DNA of 64,000 nt from NCBI GenBank assembly GCA_964486045.1, contig CAZALK010000008.1, positions 139,611 through 203,610 on the forward strand, read 5' to 3'. The stretch's first letter is position 1; the number at the start of each line of letters is the position of its first letter. The DNA comes from an uncultured archaeon (GTDB lineage: Archaea > Asgardarchaeota > Lokiarchaeia > Sigyniarchaeales > SOKP01). Of this stretch, positions 8,842 through 18,412 are shown piece after piece. The notes beneath the pieces were generated by a model. That model saw nothing but the letters and a program-made list of their open reading frames with translations, ran no database searches and had not been told where the DNA came from. The position numbers and the translations under genes were made by a program.

Positions 8842-11721
8842 TTGACATTGATTAACGATTTATTAAAATTCTTCTATACTGAACCAAGCGATTTAGACTA
8901 TTCTCCTGGTAATGAGATGACGACAGCATTTATTTATGACGAAATTCGAGAAATTGGAGATAACATTTTTACATCTAATATAGATCCTAAATTTTATAAA
9001 GAGACCGCTGAAATATTCTTAAAAGACATTGATACTCTATTACAAGATACTCCGGATGGGAAAAGATTAGTATGGGAAGAATCATTAGTGGCACATCTAC
9101 CCGCTTTGGACGAGAATGGTGATCAAATTATTTTAAGACCTTCAATGCTACCTTCTAAAGATACCGGCTTCTTTATCTGGGATGAAGGAAAAAAGAAATC
9201 CTCTGACGAATTAACAGATCAATGGGGAAACGAAGGCGGATGGGGTTATTTTCAGGGAAAAGGCTCCCCATTTATTTTTGTTCACGATGACGATGGCAAT
9301 AATGGAATTATGCCCGTAAGTTTAATGGGTGATACCATGCCTGAAGGAATAAATCTAGGATATAAGAGTTCAGGTACAGGAGATGTGATAAAAGGAGTGT
9401 ATCTAAGCGACGAAGGAGGAGGACTTTTACTATCACAAATTGGGCTCATATCTGAAACGTTCTATGCTAAGGGTAAGGAATGGTTCAAAGATCCATTAGC
9501 CATCCCAAATCACATTAACCCGAATTATGAAATAGAAATAAATGGTAAGGTTGTCATGGTTCCTAGACTAATTTATTACAGATCTTCTACGAGACAGACT
9601 GGTAACCATATCCATGGATTCCTTCAGAAGGTAGTATCCACTATGGTACCTCGGAACACGTACAAACCGCTCATAAAGGCTGAAGTTTCTCTAACAAGTA
9701 GACTGAAAAGCATCTTAAAAAGTAGCGAGTTTTCTTATCGGTTTGAATTCGATAGGGATTTCTCATCTAAGCAATTATTCGAAATACTTAGTTTACTTCC
9801 TACTGTTGCTCAGAAAGGCTCTTCAGGTGCGATTGATTCAACTGCTTTAAATTTACTTAAATATTTTAATGGTCGATTTATAGGTAAAAAAACATTGACG
9901 AATTTTATTCCAGGTCCAGACAAAATTGAAATTAATGACATGATTAGGGCGTTAGAATTCACTGCCTTAGAATTAAAGCGATTAGCATGGAAAAATAGTG
10001 ATAATACTTTCATCGGGGCAAATCAATATCTTAAAGAATGGTTAATGTTAATCTATAATAAGATTATGACATACGATAAAACTCAACCCAATGCTGACAC
10101 TAGCATAATACGAGAGCAAGAAAAACTAACAGACCTCAGAGATAACCATGCCACAACTTATTCTGAACTAGTTACCTCAATTGAGCCAGAAAAATGTACT
10201 CCAAAGGAGTGGAATATGGCCATTAGTATTTTTGAGTCAGCATCAAAGTTATTTGGTCATGGGACAGTCAGATTAATGCTTTCAAATATGGTGAATTTCA
10301 ATAAAGATAAGAGCATAAAAATATATAATACTCCTCCAAAAGGTGAACTCGCAGCAATTCATAATCATATAGGTTTTGCTTCTATGGGCAATTTGCCAAT
10401 TTCTGATTATACAACCATCGGTAACTTTTACGAACATATGGTTGGAATATTTCTTCTAGATTCTCATGTTATCATACCGAGGACTGATATTATAATTAAT
10501 TCAAAAGAAAACTCATACATATTTCCTTTCGGACCAATAACATTTAATAATCCGACCGAAATTGTCGAAGCCAATACCATAGGTTCATTTTCTTGGTCTT
10601 TAGCTAAAAAGATTTCTGGCGAATTCAAAATATATATGAATAGCAAAACGAAGATAGATAGTTTTATATCCTCACAAACAAATCTATATAACGCCTTTTC
10701 TGATTTATTAGATGAACAAATAATAGATCAGAGACTCTATAACAACTTCAACACCCCTGAAAAGACTTGGAAGGAAAGGAAAGGAATGAATATCTGGCTT
10801 TCTAGAAGAACCAAACAAGTCGCAAGGACAGAGCTCTTTTCTATTCAATCCGGTGGCTTAAGAAACAATATTGATGAATTTAGGGCATTATTTGATTATT
10901 TAACTGACATACCATTTAATGTCCTTAAGGCGGGAGCTACTACTACATTCTCTCTATCACTAACTCAGCCATTTTTAGAAAATATAGACTATTTGAGTTG
11001 GCCAAAGGACGCCATTGCCAAACTTATCGAGGATTCTTATCAACGTTTCAAAGATGAAAATATTGAAAACTTTTTTGACCAAACTAGAAAGATAATTTCA
11101 GAATTTGGAACCGACGGTAAGAAAGTGCTAATTCAACCTATATTTTCTACAAACGATCCAGATCTAGGATATCAACACCTAATATCTGCTGAAAATCTCG
11201 CTAAAAAGAGGTGGTTACCAAGAGAAAAAACGGTATTTGAAGTTGACCTTACCAAACCCGAGGAAGCACATTATGTTTTAGAACATATAGCTCATCTTAT
11301 GGCTACATTTAATATCGCTTTTGTATTTAGAGAGTGGATTGACCTAGATACTGACCCCCGTTATAAAGATATTTATTTGAGGACAGAAAAAATGAAGAAA
11401 TATTTTGAAGATAATCAAGAAGTAATTACAGCGGTTGATTTTGAGGGTTATTTACGCATTGACGAAATCTATTCAGGGTCTTCTTCTGGTGAACAAGTCT
11501 TACTTAATGGCTATACCACAAATTCAGAGGGAAAAACATTTTTTGATGCTGAAGTTTTTAAGACATACGATGAATGGGACAAAGTATGGAAACATAAAAT
11601 GGGTTTCTTTTCGATTTCATTTGGTAAATTTAATTTTAACGCATTAATGTCTGGCACTTCTGATCAAGCGAATACCCTAAGAGAGATATTAGATCCAACA
11701 GGAACAAGATTTAGAAATTAG
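8842..11721 (+). CDS. Large hypothetical protein (959 aa), no recognised domain
   Basis: Long uninterrupted ORF with TTG start (uncertain, possibly 5' truncated). Stop overlaps the stop of the convergent LRR gene. Confidence 0.8.
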   Translation: MTLINDLLKFFYTEPSDLDYSPGNEMTTAFIYDEIREIGDNIFTSNIDPKFYKETAEIFLKDIDTLLQDTPDGKRLVWEESLVAHLPALDENGDQIILRPSMLPSKDTGFFIWDEGKKKSSDELTDQWGNEGGWGYFQGKGSPFIFVHDDDGNNGIMPVSLMGDTMPEGINLGYKSSGTGDVIKGVYLSDEGGGLLLSQIGLISETFYAKGKEWFKDPLAIPNHINPNYEIEINGKVVMVPRLIYYRSSTRQTGNHIHGFLQKVVSTMVPRNTYKPLIKAEVSLTSRLKSILKSSEFSYRFEFDRDFSSKQLFEILSLLPTVAQKGSSGAIDSTALNLLKYFNGRFIGKKTLTNFIPGPDKIEINDMIRALEFTALELKRLAWKNSDNTFIGANQYLKEWLMLIYNKIMTYDKTQPNADTSIIREQEKLTDLRDNHATTYSELVTSIEPEKCTPKEWNMAISIFESASKLFGHGTVRLMLSNMVNFNKDKSIKIYNTPPKGELAAIHNHIGFASMGNLPISDYTTIGNFYEHMVGIFLLDSHVIIPRTDIIINSKENSYIFPFGPITFNNPTEIVEANTIGSFSWSLAKKISGEFKIYMNSKTKIDSFISSQTNLYNAFSDLLDEQIIDQRLYNNFNTPEKTWKERKGMNIWLSRRTKQVARTELFSIQSGGLRNNIDEFRALFDYLTDIPFNVLKAGATTTFSLSLTQPFLENIDYLSWPKDAIAKLIEDSYQRFKDENIENFFDQTRKIISEFGTDGKKVLIQPIFSTNDPDLGYQHLISAENLAKKRWLPREKTVFEVDLTKPEEAHYVLEHIAHLMATFNIAFVFREWIDLDTDPRYKDIYLRTEKMKKYFEDNQEVITAVDFEGYLRIDEIYSGSSSGEQVLLNGYTTNSEGKTFFDAEVFKTYDEWDKVWKHKMGFFSISFGKFNFNALMSGTSDQANTLREILDPTGTRFRN

Positions 11722-12989
11722 TGGATTTTTATCCCTTTTTTTTTTAATTTTTGAATAATGAGATTACCACTTTCTGTAAGGTTGTTTTCATCAATAAATA
11801 AAGTTTTTAGATATTTTAGATTTAGCAAGTTTTTTGGTAAATCTCTAATTTTATTTCCCTTTAAATTAAGAAGTTCGAGATTTTCAAGTTTACCTATAGA
11901 TTCAGTTATTTTTTTTATCCGATTCTTTTGTAGGTGCAATGTCTTTAAATTTCTTAACAAAAAGACGTTAACGGGTATTTGAGTTAAAAGATTATTACCT
12001 AAATACAGATATTCAAGTCTTTTCAATTCGATAATTGAATCTGGAATTTCTTCAACCATATTACCCAGAGAAAATAATTTAAGCCTATTTAGAGCACCTA
12101 TTCTTTTTGGGACAAATTTTAGACAAGCACTTCGGATTCTTAACTTTTCAATCTTGTATAGGTCAAATATTGAGTTTGGAAATTCCTCCAAAATACTACT
12201 TTCCACTGATAATTCTTGTAAATTCTTTAATTTTACAAATGTTTTCGGTATTGATGGTATTTTATCTCCAAAATAACGTAAAACTTGTAAATTTTTAAAG
12301 TTAGAGACTGAACTCGGGAGGGGTTTTGCGGGTTTATTATACCAATATAACAGTAGTTTAATTACGGACTTATCTTTTACCATAAACTGTTGACTCTCAT
12401 CCAAGCCGTCACCAGTGTCAAATTCCTCCCAATTTACCTTTTGGTTTATAGGCTCATCTGTAAACTTTTCAAGCTCAAGCAACGATTCAGCTTCCACAGG
12501 ATTTAAAATAGACATAAAATATTGATCACGGTCTAAAAAATCGACATAATGTTCGCTGACTAAAAATTTAATAACTGAATCATTCCCTGAAGCGAGACGT
12601 GTTGCGATTTCTCCTTTAAAGACTTGTTTTGCGATTGCATCACCGGCTTTAGTGAGAGCGTGAAGTAGTGGAAATGCCAAATTTCGATGGAGCAGTCGTG
12701 TGTCATAATTGTTCTCATACCATACTTGTAAATTTGAACAGTGTGCCCAAAACTCAGTTCTAGGATCTATATAGACATCTTCTCGCTCACCAGGGTGTTC
12801 TAGGGTATTATCAAGTTTTTCAGTGATTTCATCAAGAGACTTAAGTTCTTCAAGCGATTTAACTTTGTTAATTGGGATGTTTAAAAGTAAGAATTTGCAT
12901 TGAATGAATCTCTTACCAGCAACATAAATAATTGTTCGAACACCCTCGACTTTTAGCGTTAAATATCTATTAATTCTAAATTCGCTCAT
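11718..12989 (-). CDS. Leucine-rich repeat protein with Lokiarchaeia-type conserved N-terminal domain
   Basis: C-terminal LxxLxxLxLxxNxLxxIP repeats and N-terminal EFWAHCSNLQVWYENNYDTRLLHRNLAFPLL motif. ATG 12989 is preceded by GAGGAG (ORF track extends to 13040). Confidence 0.88.
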   Translation of the reverse strand: MSEFRINRYLTLKVEGVRTIIYVAGKRFIQCKFLLLNIPINKVKSLEELKSLDEITEKLDNTLEHPGEREDVYIDPRTEFWAHCSNLQVWYENNYDTRLLHRNLAFPLLHALTKAGDAIAKQVFKGEIATRLASGNDSVIKFLVSEHYVDFLDRDQYFMSILNPVEAESLLELEKFTDEPINQKVNWEEFDTGDGLDESQQFMVKDKSVIKLLLYWYNKPAKPLPSSVSNFKNLQVLRYFGDKIPSIPKTFVKLKNLQELSVESSILEEFPNSIFDLYKIEKLRIRSACLKFVPKRIGALNRLKLFSLGNMVEEIPDSIIELKRLEYLYLGNNLLTQIPVNVFLLRNLKTLHLQKNRIKKITESIGKLENLELLNLKGNKIRDLPKNLLNLKYLKTLFIDENNLTESGNLIIQKLKKKGIKIH

Positions 12990-13293
12990 GATCTCCTCAA
13001 TATAAAGAAAAGTTGTCTTTATATAATTAATCGAAATCAAGACATAAAAAAATTATGTGTAAGTATATTTTTTGATTTTATAAATACCAAAAGAGCCAAT
13101 ATTAAATTTTTCTTTCTTATTGAAAATGTTATAAAAAAGCCATTAAAAGAGTTCAGACTAAAGGAAAAATACAAATTAACCAAAACTTGACTAATCATTA
13201 AAATTATAGGAGAGATAATCTCAGAAATTTTTTTTATTTTTTTTAAATTTAACTTAAAATTCACTACCCAATGCACTTAATCTTTACATAACT

Positions 13294-15717
13294 TTAAGTT
13301 TTTTTACGGGCGGTTTGAAATGACAGCAAATCCATTTGAGTTGATTTTTGGTTGAAGTTTGCTACTACTTCTTCAAGATCGGGAAAGCTAAATGGAAAAA
13401 TGCTCTCAAAAGCCCTTTTTAATAGTTCTGTGTACTTCTTTTTATCATACTGGTGCTTCTTTGGATCATACAAATCCGAAAGGATCACTTTTTTTTCGGG
13501 AAAACTGGGGTCTGCTTCAGCGTTAAGGATAATATACCTTACATTCTTTCCCGCAGAAGCAATTACACCCGAGCGTTCTAGCTGTCTAGCCGCTACTGCT
13601 TGGTAAGAGTTCACCTTGTATTGTGAAGGTCGTCTTGAAATCTTTTGTTTTATCGTAAGCTCATCCCCCGATACATTACCACTTGTGATTTTGTTAATAT
13701 ATTCATAGAGCTTCTTTTTTGCTTCGGGAATTTTTTTCATAAACTCTTCGACGGAAACGACTCCTTGGAATACATCAAAAAAAGCATATTGGGCATCTTT
13801 GACGATCTTTGGTATATCTCTACGTCTCACCTCAACGCCTCTGACCTTTAGTTCTCCATTAGTTTTGATACCCCAATAATGAGTGAGGGCTGGAACGTTA
13901 CGTTCGGCTCGAGAGGGCAGAAAAGCAATGACATTATAGCATCCATCCCAGCTCATCGGGACTCTAGTATGATCCGTTATTTCTTCAGCTATCTTCTTAG
14001 TTACTTTTTCAAACTCCTCGGGAGTTCTTCCTTTCGTGTCTTTCACATAGATTGAATCAACAATTCCGTGAATAATCTTGCACCCGTGACTTCCAGCGAT
14101 TTCAGCCGCACGCATTAAAAATTCTCGGGCAAATGCACACACTGTTTGGTGTGCCTCAATTTTACCAAAACGCGCATTTTTGAAGCCTAAATAACCAAAA
14201 CTTACTACAAGCACCCATTTTAAAGCGATATCTGTGAACTTGTATCGAAGATCATCGTGTGTTTTGTTATATGCTTTGCACTCTAAACGTTTTCTAAGGG
14301 GTAGACTAATCGATTTTGAGATAATTCCTTCTCTTTTGGAACAGATATGAAAACCTCCTCCTCCGGGTACTCTAATTCCCGTTCCATCATCTTTGCAACA
14401 TTTGCAGTTAATTGTTTCAGATGAAACGTTAAGATTGGCCATAATGGAAGGATACATTGATGAAAAATCGAGTTCTACAACTTGATCAAAGACTCCGATT
14501 ATTGGCTCGAATATATGGCCTCCCCGGTCATTAACGATCAGATCCATGCCATTTCTAAATCCTTCAGGACTTTTCTTGAAAGGTGGAATAAGATGACCTA
14601 GCTTGTAGGCATTATAATATTGTATCGACTGAAGCGCACCTCCAATTGTTATTCTACATAGTCTCTGCATCGCTACTCGAGAAATCCTCGCAACTTCAAT
14701 AATTCCTGGTATATTTCCTTCACTAAAGTGCAAACTCCCATAAGAAGATGTATCCATATGAAAACGACCAGTCAAATACACTTGCGTTTTAGAGCGACGC
14801 ATTATTATCCCATATGACATATAATGATCTGAGTTTCCTGAAAGGTTAAAAATACAGTTTTTTAGCGGTGTTTTATTCCGAGAAAGGTAGAGATCCTTTG
14901 ATACTCGATTCACTGATGCCCGAGCAACTAAGTATGGAAATACGAATTCGTCTCCTCCACTAGTTAATATAATATCAGGATCTAATTTCTCGATTACTTT
15001 ACTAATCATTTTAATGGTTTCTGCTTCATCAGCTTCATCGATAAGAATCGTTCTTTTTCTCTGACCGTCTGCCCTTGGCACATTATTTTCATCATTTTCA
15101 ACAATGCTCACCTCTGCGTATACCAAACAGTCGTTAAAATATGATCTCATCCCATGTTGTTCAACTTTTATATCCAGCCATACAGATTTTAACGGAGGTA
15201 ATTCATAAAATAGTTCTTCGTTGTCATCTTTTAAATCTAAGGATACCAGCTGCATTGAGTGACCATCAGCATTTTTCTTCTTTTTAGGTTTGACCTTGAA
15301 ACTGCAAAAAGACATAGGAAAGAGATCATTTACGTAGAAATACATCTGAGCGATTGGAAGATCGGTGTTATATAACGTAAACAGCCCAATCCCATCAATA
15401 GCTTTAATAGTTTTCTTAAATACTGAAGGCTTCACCACAGAGACTCCAAAGATTTTTGTCTTCTTATGGTCTTCTAGCTTCACATATTTTTCGCAGATTC
15501 GTACACCTTTAACGTCGTGATGGGATAAAAGAATAGTCTCTAGCCTCCTAAAATCGTTACCCATGTGTTTCTTTGGCACAGCAAAAAATTCGGGGCAGAA
15601 ATCATGAAATATTTTTACAATCTTTTGCTCTTTTGCAGTTTTCACCCAAAGAATGACTCCATTGCCATGAGTGGAGACATCAAAAAGCCAACCGTCAAAT
15701 TGTTCTTGAAAGCTCAA
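13294..15717 (-). CDS. polB2: Family B DNA polymerase, PolB2 subgroup
   Basis: Motif A ELDFSSMYPSIM, motif B KWVLVVSFGYLG, motif C HGIVDS (PolB2-type in place of YGDTDS), KVRGVEVRRRD, degenerate exonuclease motifs and C-terminal PIP-like QMDLLSF. TTG start overlaps the upstream TGA. Confidence 0.9.
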   Translation of the reverse strand: MSFQEQFDGWLFDVSTHGNGVILWVKTAKEQKIVKIFHDFCPEFFAVPKKHMGNDFRRLETILLSHHDVKGVRICEKYVKLEDHKKTKIFGVSVVKPSVFKKTIKAIDGIGLFTLYNTDLPIAQMYFYVNDLFPMSFCSFKVKPKKKKNADGHSMQLVSLDLKDDNEELFYELPPLKSVWLDIKVEQHGMRSYFNDCLVYAEVSIVENDENNVPRADGQRKRTILIDEADEAETIKMISKVIEKLDPDIILTSGGDEFVFPYLVARASVNRVSKDLYLSRNKTPLKNCIFNLSGNSDHYMSYGIIMRRSKTQVYLTGRFHMDTSSYGSLHFSEGNIPGIIEVARISRVAMQRLCRITIGGALQSIQYYNAYKLGHLIPPFKKSPEGFRNGMDLIVNDRGGHIFEPIIGVFDQVVELDFSSMYPSIMANLNVSSETINCKCCKDDGTGIRVPGGGGFHICSKREGIISKSISLPLRKRLECKAYNKTHDDLRYKFTDIALKWVLVVSFGYLGFKNARFGKIEAHQTVCAFAREFLMRAAEIAGSHGCKIIHGIVDSIYVKDTKGRTPEEFEKVTKKIAEEITDHTRVPMSWDGCYNVIAFLPSRAERNVPALTHYWGIKTNGELKVRGVEVRRRDIPKIVKDAQYAFFDVFQGVVSVEEFMKKIPEAKKKLYEYINKITSGNVSGDELTIKQKISRRPSQYKVNSYQAVAARQLERSGVIASAGKNVRYIILNAEADPSFPEKKVILSDLYDPKKHQYDKKKYTELLKRAFESIFPFSFPDLEEVVANFNQKSTQMDLLSFQTARKKT

Positions 15718-15992
15718 TCTTTAGTCTTTCCTTTTATCATTTCTTCTAATTTATTTACTTTCTTTTCTAGCATCTCAATTTTCTTTTCTTGTTCTACGGC
15801 AAAAGAAAGGAACAATATTTCTGATAGCATTGGACGTGCGCTCATGCTGCCAGCATCTGCATGTATTCGAGCATAATTCATTAATTTATTAAATATTTTT
15901 TGTCCTTCAGGCCTTAAAGCTCTTTTAAAGCCTTTCCAGCTTTCAATCTCATGTTCTAACGCAGGCCTGAAAGAAGGTACAGTTCTTCCCAT
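15714..15992 (-). CDS. Small helical PolB2-associated protein (PPB2 / arCOG07300-like)
   Basis: MGRTVPSFR...WKGFKRALRPE...F signature, translationally coupled to polB2. Probable start 15992 (track gives 16043). Confidence 0.8.
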   Translation of the reverse strand: MGRTVPSFRPALEHEIESWKGFKRALRPEGQKIFNKLMNYARIHADAGSMSARPMLSEILFLSFAVEQEKKIEMLEKKVNKLEEMIKGKTKD

Positions 15993-16170
15993 ATTAAAAA
16001 CCAAGTAAAATAATTCGAATAGAAATTTAAGGGGAAATGGCATCGAAATTTTTTGATTTTCTGAAGAATTTTAAAATTTAATTTTGAATCAAGAGGGTTA
16101 TAGATTTTTTTTAGTTAGCAAAAACTTTATTTAAGGGGTTAATTTACACTAGCTAAATTAGAGTTAGGTT

Positions 16171-16560
16171 TTGTTCTTGAGTGAAGAATTATTACGATGG
16201 CATGCGCCTTGCGGAATTTTTTGTAAAAGATGTTTGGCTTCAGAACGCCTTGGATGCGAAGGTTGTAGGGAACGAGAAGGGAAAGTCTTGAAGGGCCCCC
16301 TATGTAAAACTTATGAATGTGTTACAAATAAAGGACACGAATTCTGTTATGAATGTAATGATTTCCCCTGTGAAATGCTCCAACCAATTGTCCATTTTGA
16401 ACAGTTTCTTCCCCATAATTCAAAACTTTATAATTTATTAATGATACAAAAACTCGGTTTAGATGAGTGGAATAAAATGTGTGAGGAAAAATCAACACTT
16501 TACTATAAAGGAAAGAAGATTAAACGTGGTGGCGATCCCCTTACACTTGAAAAAGATTAA
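16171..16560 (+). CDS. DUF3795-like Cys-rich protein
   Basis: APCGIFCKRC...CEGCR...CKTYEC...FCYECNDFPC pattern. Confidence 0.8.
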   Translation: MFLSEELLRWHAPCGIFCKRCLASERLGCEGCREREGKVLKGPLCKTYECVTNKGHEFCYECNDFPCEMLQPIVHFEQFLPHNSKLYNLLMIQKLGLDEWNKMCEEKSTLYYKGKKIKRGGDPLTLEKD

Positions 16561-16642
16561 AAAAAAAGTCTCATTAATTATAGCAAAGTGTTCATAAATC
16601 TAATTTTAGCAAAATTTACACCAGAATTATCTGGGAACTATC

Positions 16643-17290
16643 ATGAATTCTAAAAAAGATAATTTTGGACCTTCAGCTGATGTTAAAAGTTATGTATTAG
16701 CATCAGGAGCAGATATCGTAGGGATTGCAGATCCTTTCAAATTAGCTGAGATTTCTGGAAAAAAAAGCCCATTTTCAGCCATGGAAAACACCAAATCAGT
16801 AATTATTTTTGGAATTGCTATGCCAAAAGAAATTATTGAAGAAGCTCCTGAAGCAGAGTACCAGAGAAGGCTTGCAAATTACTTCGATAAATTAAGAAGA
16901 ATAGCTAAAAAAGTAGCAAGACAGCTTAAAGAACAAGGATTTAATAGCTATCCTTGCCATGATCAAGATAATATTGAACACAAAAAGGCAGCTGAGCTGG
17001 CTGGACTCGGTAGAGTAGGAAGTCATACTCTTTTGATTACACCCCTTTATGGCCCAAGGGTGCATTTAAACTCAGTATTAACTGATCAAATTCTTCAATT
17101 TGATACTATTATAGAAACTAAAATTTGCGATCAATGCGACGAATGCATCAAAGGTTGCCCCCCTGCTGCTTTAAAAAAAGGTTTAGAAGTGGATCGCCAA
17201 AAATGCCTAAATTATCGTTACACAAAATTAAAAAGACGTTATTGTGGTTTATGCATGAAAATTTGCTGGGAACATCTTGGATGTCCTTAG
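16643..17290 (+). CDS. Epoxyqueuosine reductase-like (QueG family) 4Fe-4S protein
   Basis: GADIVGIA, HKKAAELAGLG, LITPLYGPRV, CxxCxxCxxxCP and CGLCMKIC. Confidence 0.82.
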   Translation: MNSKKDNFGPSADVKSYVLASGADIVGIADPFKLAEISGKKSPFSAMENTKSVIIFGIAMPKEIIEEAPEAEYQRRLANYFDKLRRIAKKVARQLKEQGFNSYPCHDQDNIEHKKAAELAGLGRVGSHTLLITPLYGPRVHLNSVLTDQILQFDTIIETKICDQCDECIKGCPPAALKKGLEVDRQKCLNYRYTKLKRRYCGLCMKICWEHLGCP

Positions 17291-17357
17291 TATATTTTAC
17301 CCCAACTCTAAATTTCTAAAGAAAATTTTTGATAGATTAAGGTTTTATCTCATAAAG

Positions 17358-18107
17358 CTAAATCCAACAATCTATCGTAGCATTTTTTAGAGGAATTTTC
17401 TTTTTTGATGTACGAGGCTTCCATTTTAATAACCGCTTTTCAGGCATGTAAGGATGCTGAAAGAGGGTGTATTCTGCATAACGTTCGTCATCATTTATCA
17501 TTACGAGCACACTCCCAAAATGAGAAAGAATTTTTCCCCCTTTTGGCCTGAAAAGAGAATGTTCATGTAAAGGTGCTGTTATAATAATGAGGGGATTTGT
17601 CTTCCAAAGGATCTTTCTAATCCCATCTAAGGTTCTTAGTAGATCTTCAAAAGTCTGTTTTTCGTAGGCCTCAAACAGAGTTGTAATTCCCGAGATCATC
17701 ACAACTTTCACATCTTCAAGTATGGAAAGTTTGTTCTCTAAAATTTCAACCATTTGCTCCCAAGTGAAAGCTCTGCTTATGAGAATATTTTTCAAAACCT
17801 TTTGGGGGGACAGGTTTTGAGTAACTGCAAATTTACTTACATTATAAGGGTTAAATCGATTATTTCCATCGACAAATGCAACTTTGATACCTTCTCCAAG
17901 TCCTCCATTACTAAACGCTTTTTGGGCAATAACGGCAGTTGTTAATAAAATATTTGTCGTTAATTTCTTGTCTCCATAAAGCAGATAGACTAAATCTCGG
18001 TGAAATCCTCCGGAAAGCAACTCATCGAGAGTTTTATCTCCGCTTGAAATGAGAGGAGAATGAATATTCCTTTTGTACACCTTGAATCCTGAATCAAACG
18101 TCATCAT
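17358..18107 (-). CDS. Inactivated RadA/RecA-like ATPase (iRadA), PolB2 partner
   Basis: ISSGDKTLDELLSGGF, degenerate Walker A (LYGDKKLTT), FVDGNNRFNPY, LKNILISRAFTWEQM. Probable start 18107 (track gives 18140). Confidence 0.85.
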   Translation of the reverse strand: MMTFDSGFKVYKRNIHSPLISSGDKTLDELLSGGFHRDLVYLLYGDKKLTTNILLTTAVIAQKAFSNGGLGEGIKVAFVDGNNRFNPYNVSKFAVTQNLSPQKVLKNILISRAFTWEQMVEILENKLSILEDVKVVMISGITTLFEAYEKQTFEDLLRTLDGIRKILWKTNPLIIITAPLHEHSLFRPKGGKILSHFGSVLVMINDDERYAEYTLFQHPYMPEKRLLKWKPRTSKKKIPLKNATIDCWI

Positions 18108-18412
18108 ATGAAGAAACAATTCTTCAAAATAAAATAACAATACACCGACAATTTTCTGAAATTTATGGGTTTTGTCTAGAGTTAAACAATATTGTTTCCT
18201 TTTTAAGGATATAATGACCTTTTAAAAGTAAGGTTGTTTCATAGAGAGAGAGAGGGGGGTGATTGAAAATAAAAATTTAAGTAATAATATAGAGAAAGCT
18301 TTGATATTATCGAAAAAATTCAGAAAGCAAGATTTTTGTATTTTTTATATCAAAAATTTTTATTTTATATCTTCAATATAAATTATTAATACTAATTTTA
18401 AGTGAATTTTTT

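Larger units (their letters stand above)
2537..13293. mobile_element. Putative genomic (defence) island bracketed by duplicated polB2 3' ends
   Basis: Diverged direct repeat 2231-2536 / 13294-13608. Cargo is a kinase-helicase, a PLD-like protein, an orphan and an LRR protein. No integrase or transposase seen. Confidence 0.55.

Noticed and set aside
13037-13276. 79-aa minus-strand ORF
   Set aside because: AT-rich intergenic composition, overlapping the likely LRR promoter.
16056-18160. Shared ATTTTCTGAA upstream of PPB2 and iRadA as a damage-response box
   Set aside because: Ten AT-rich bases at different spacings are plausible by chance.
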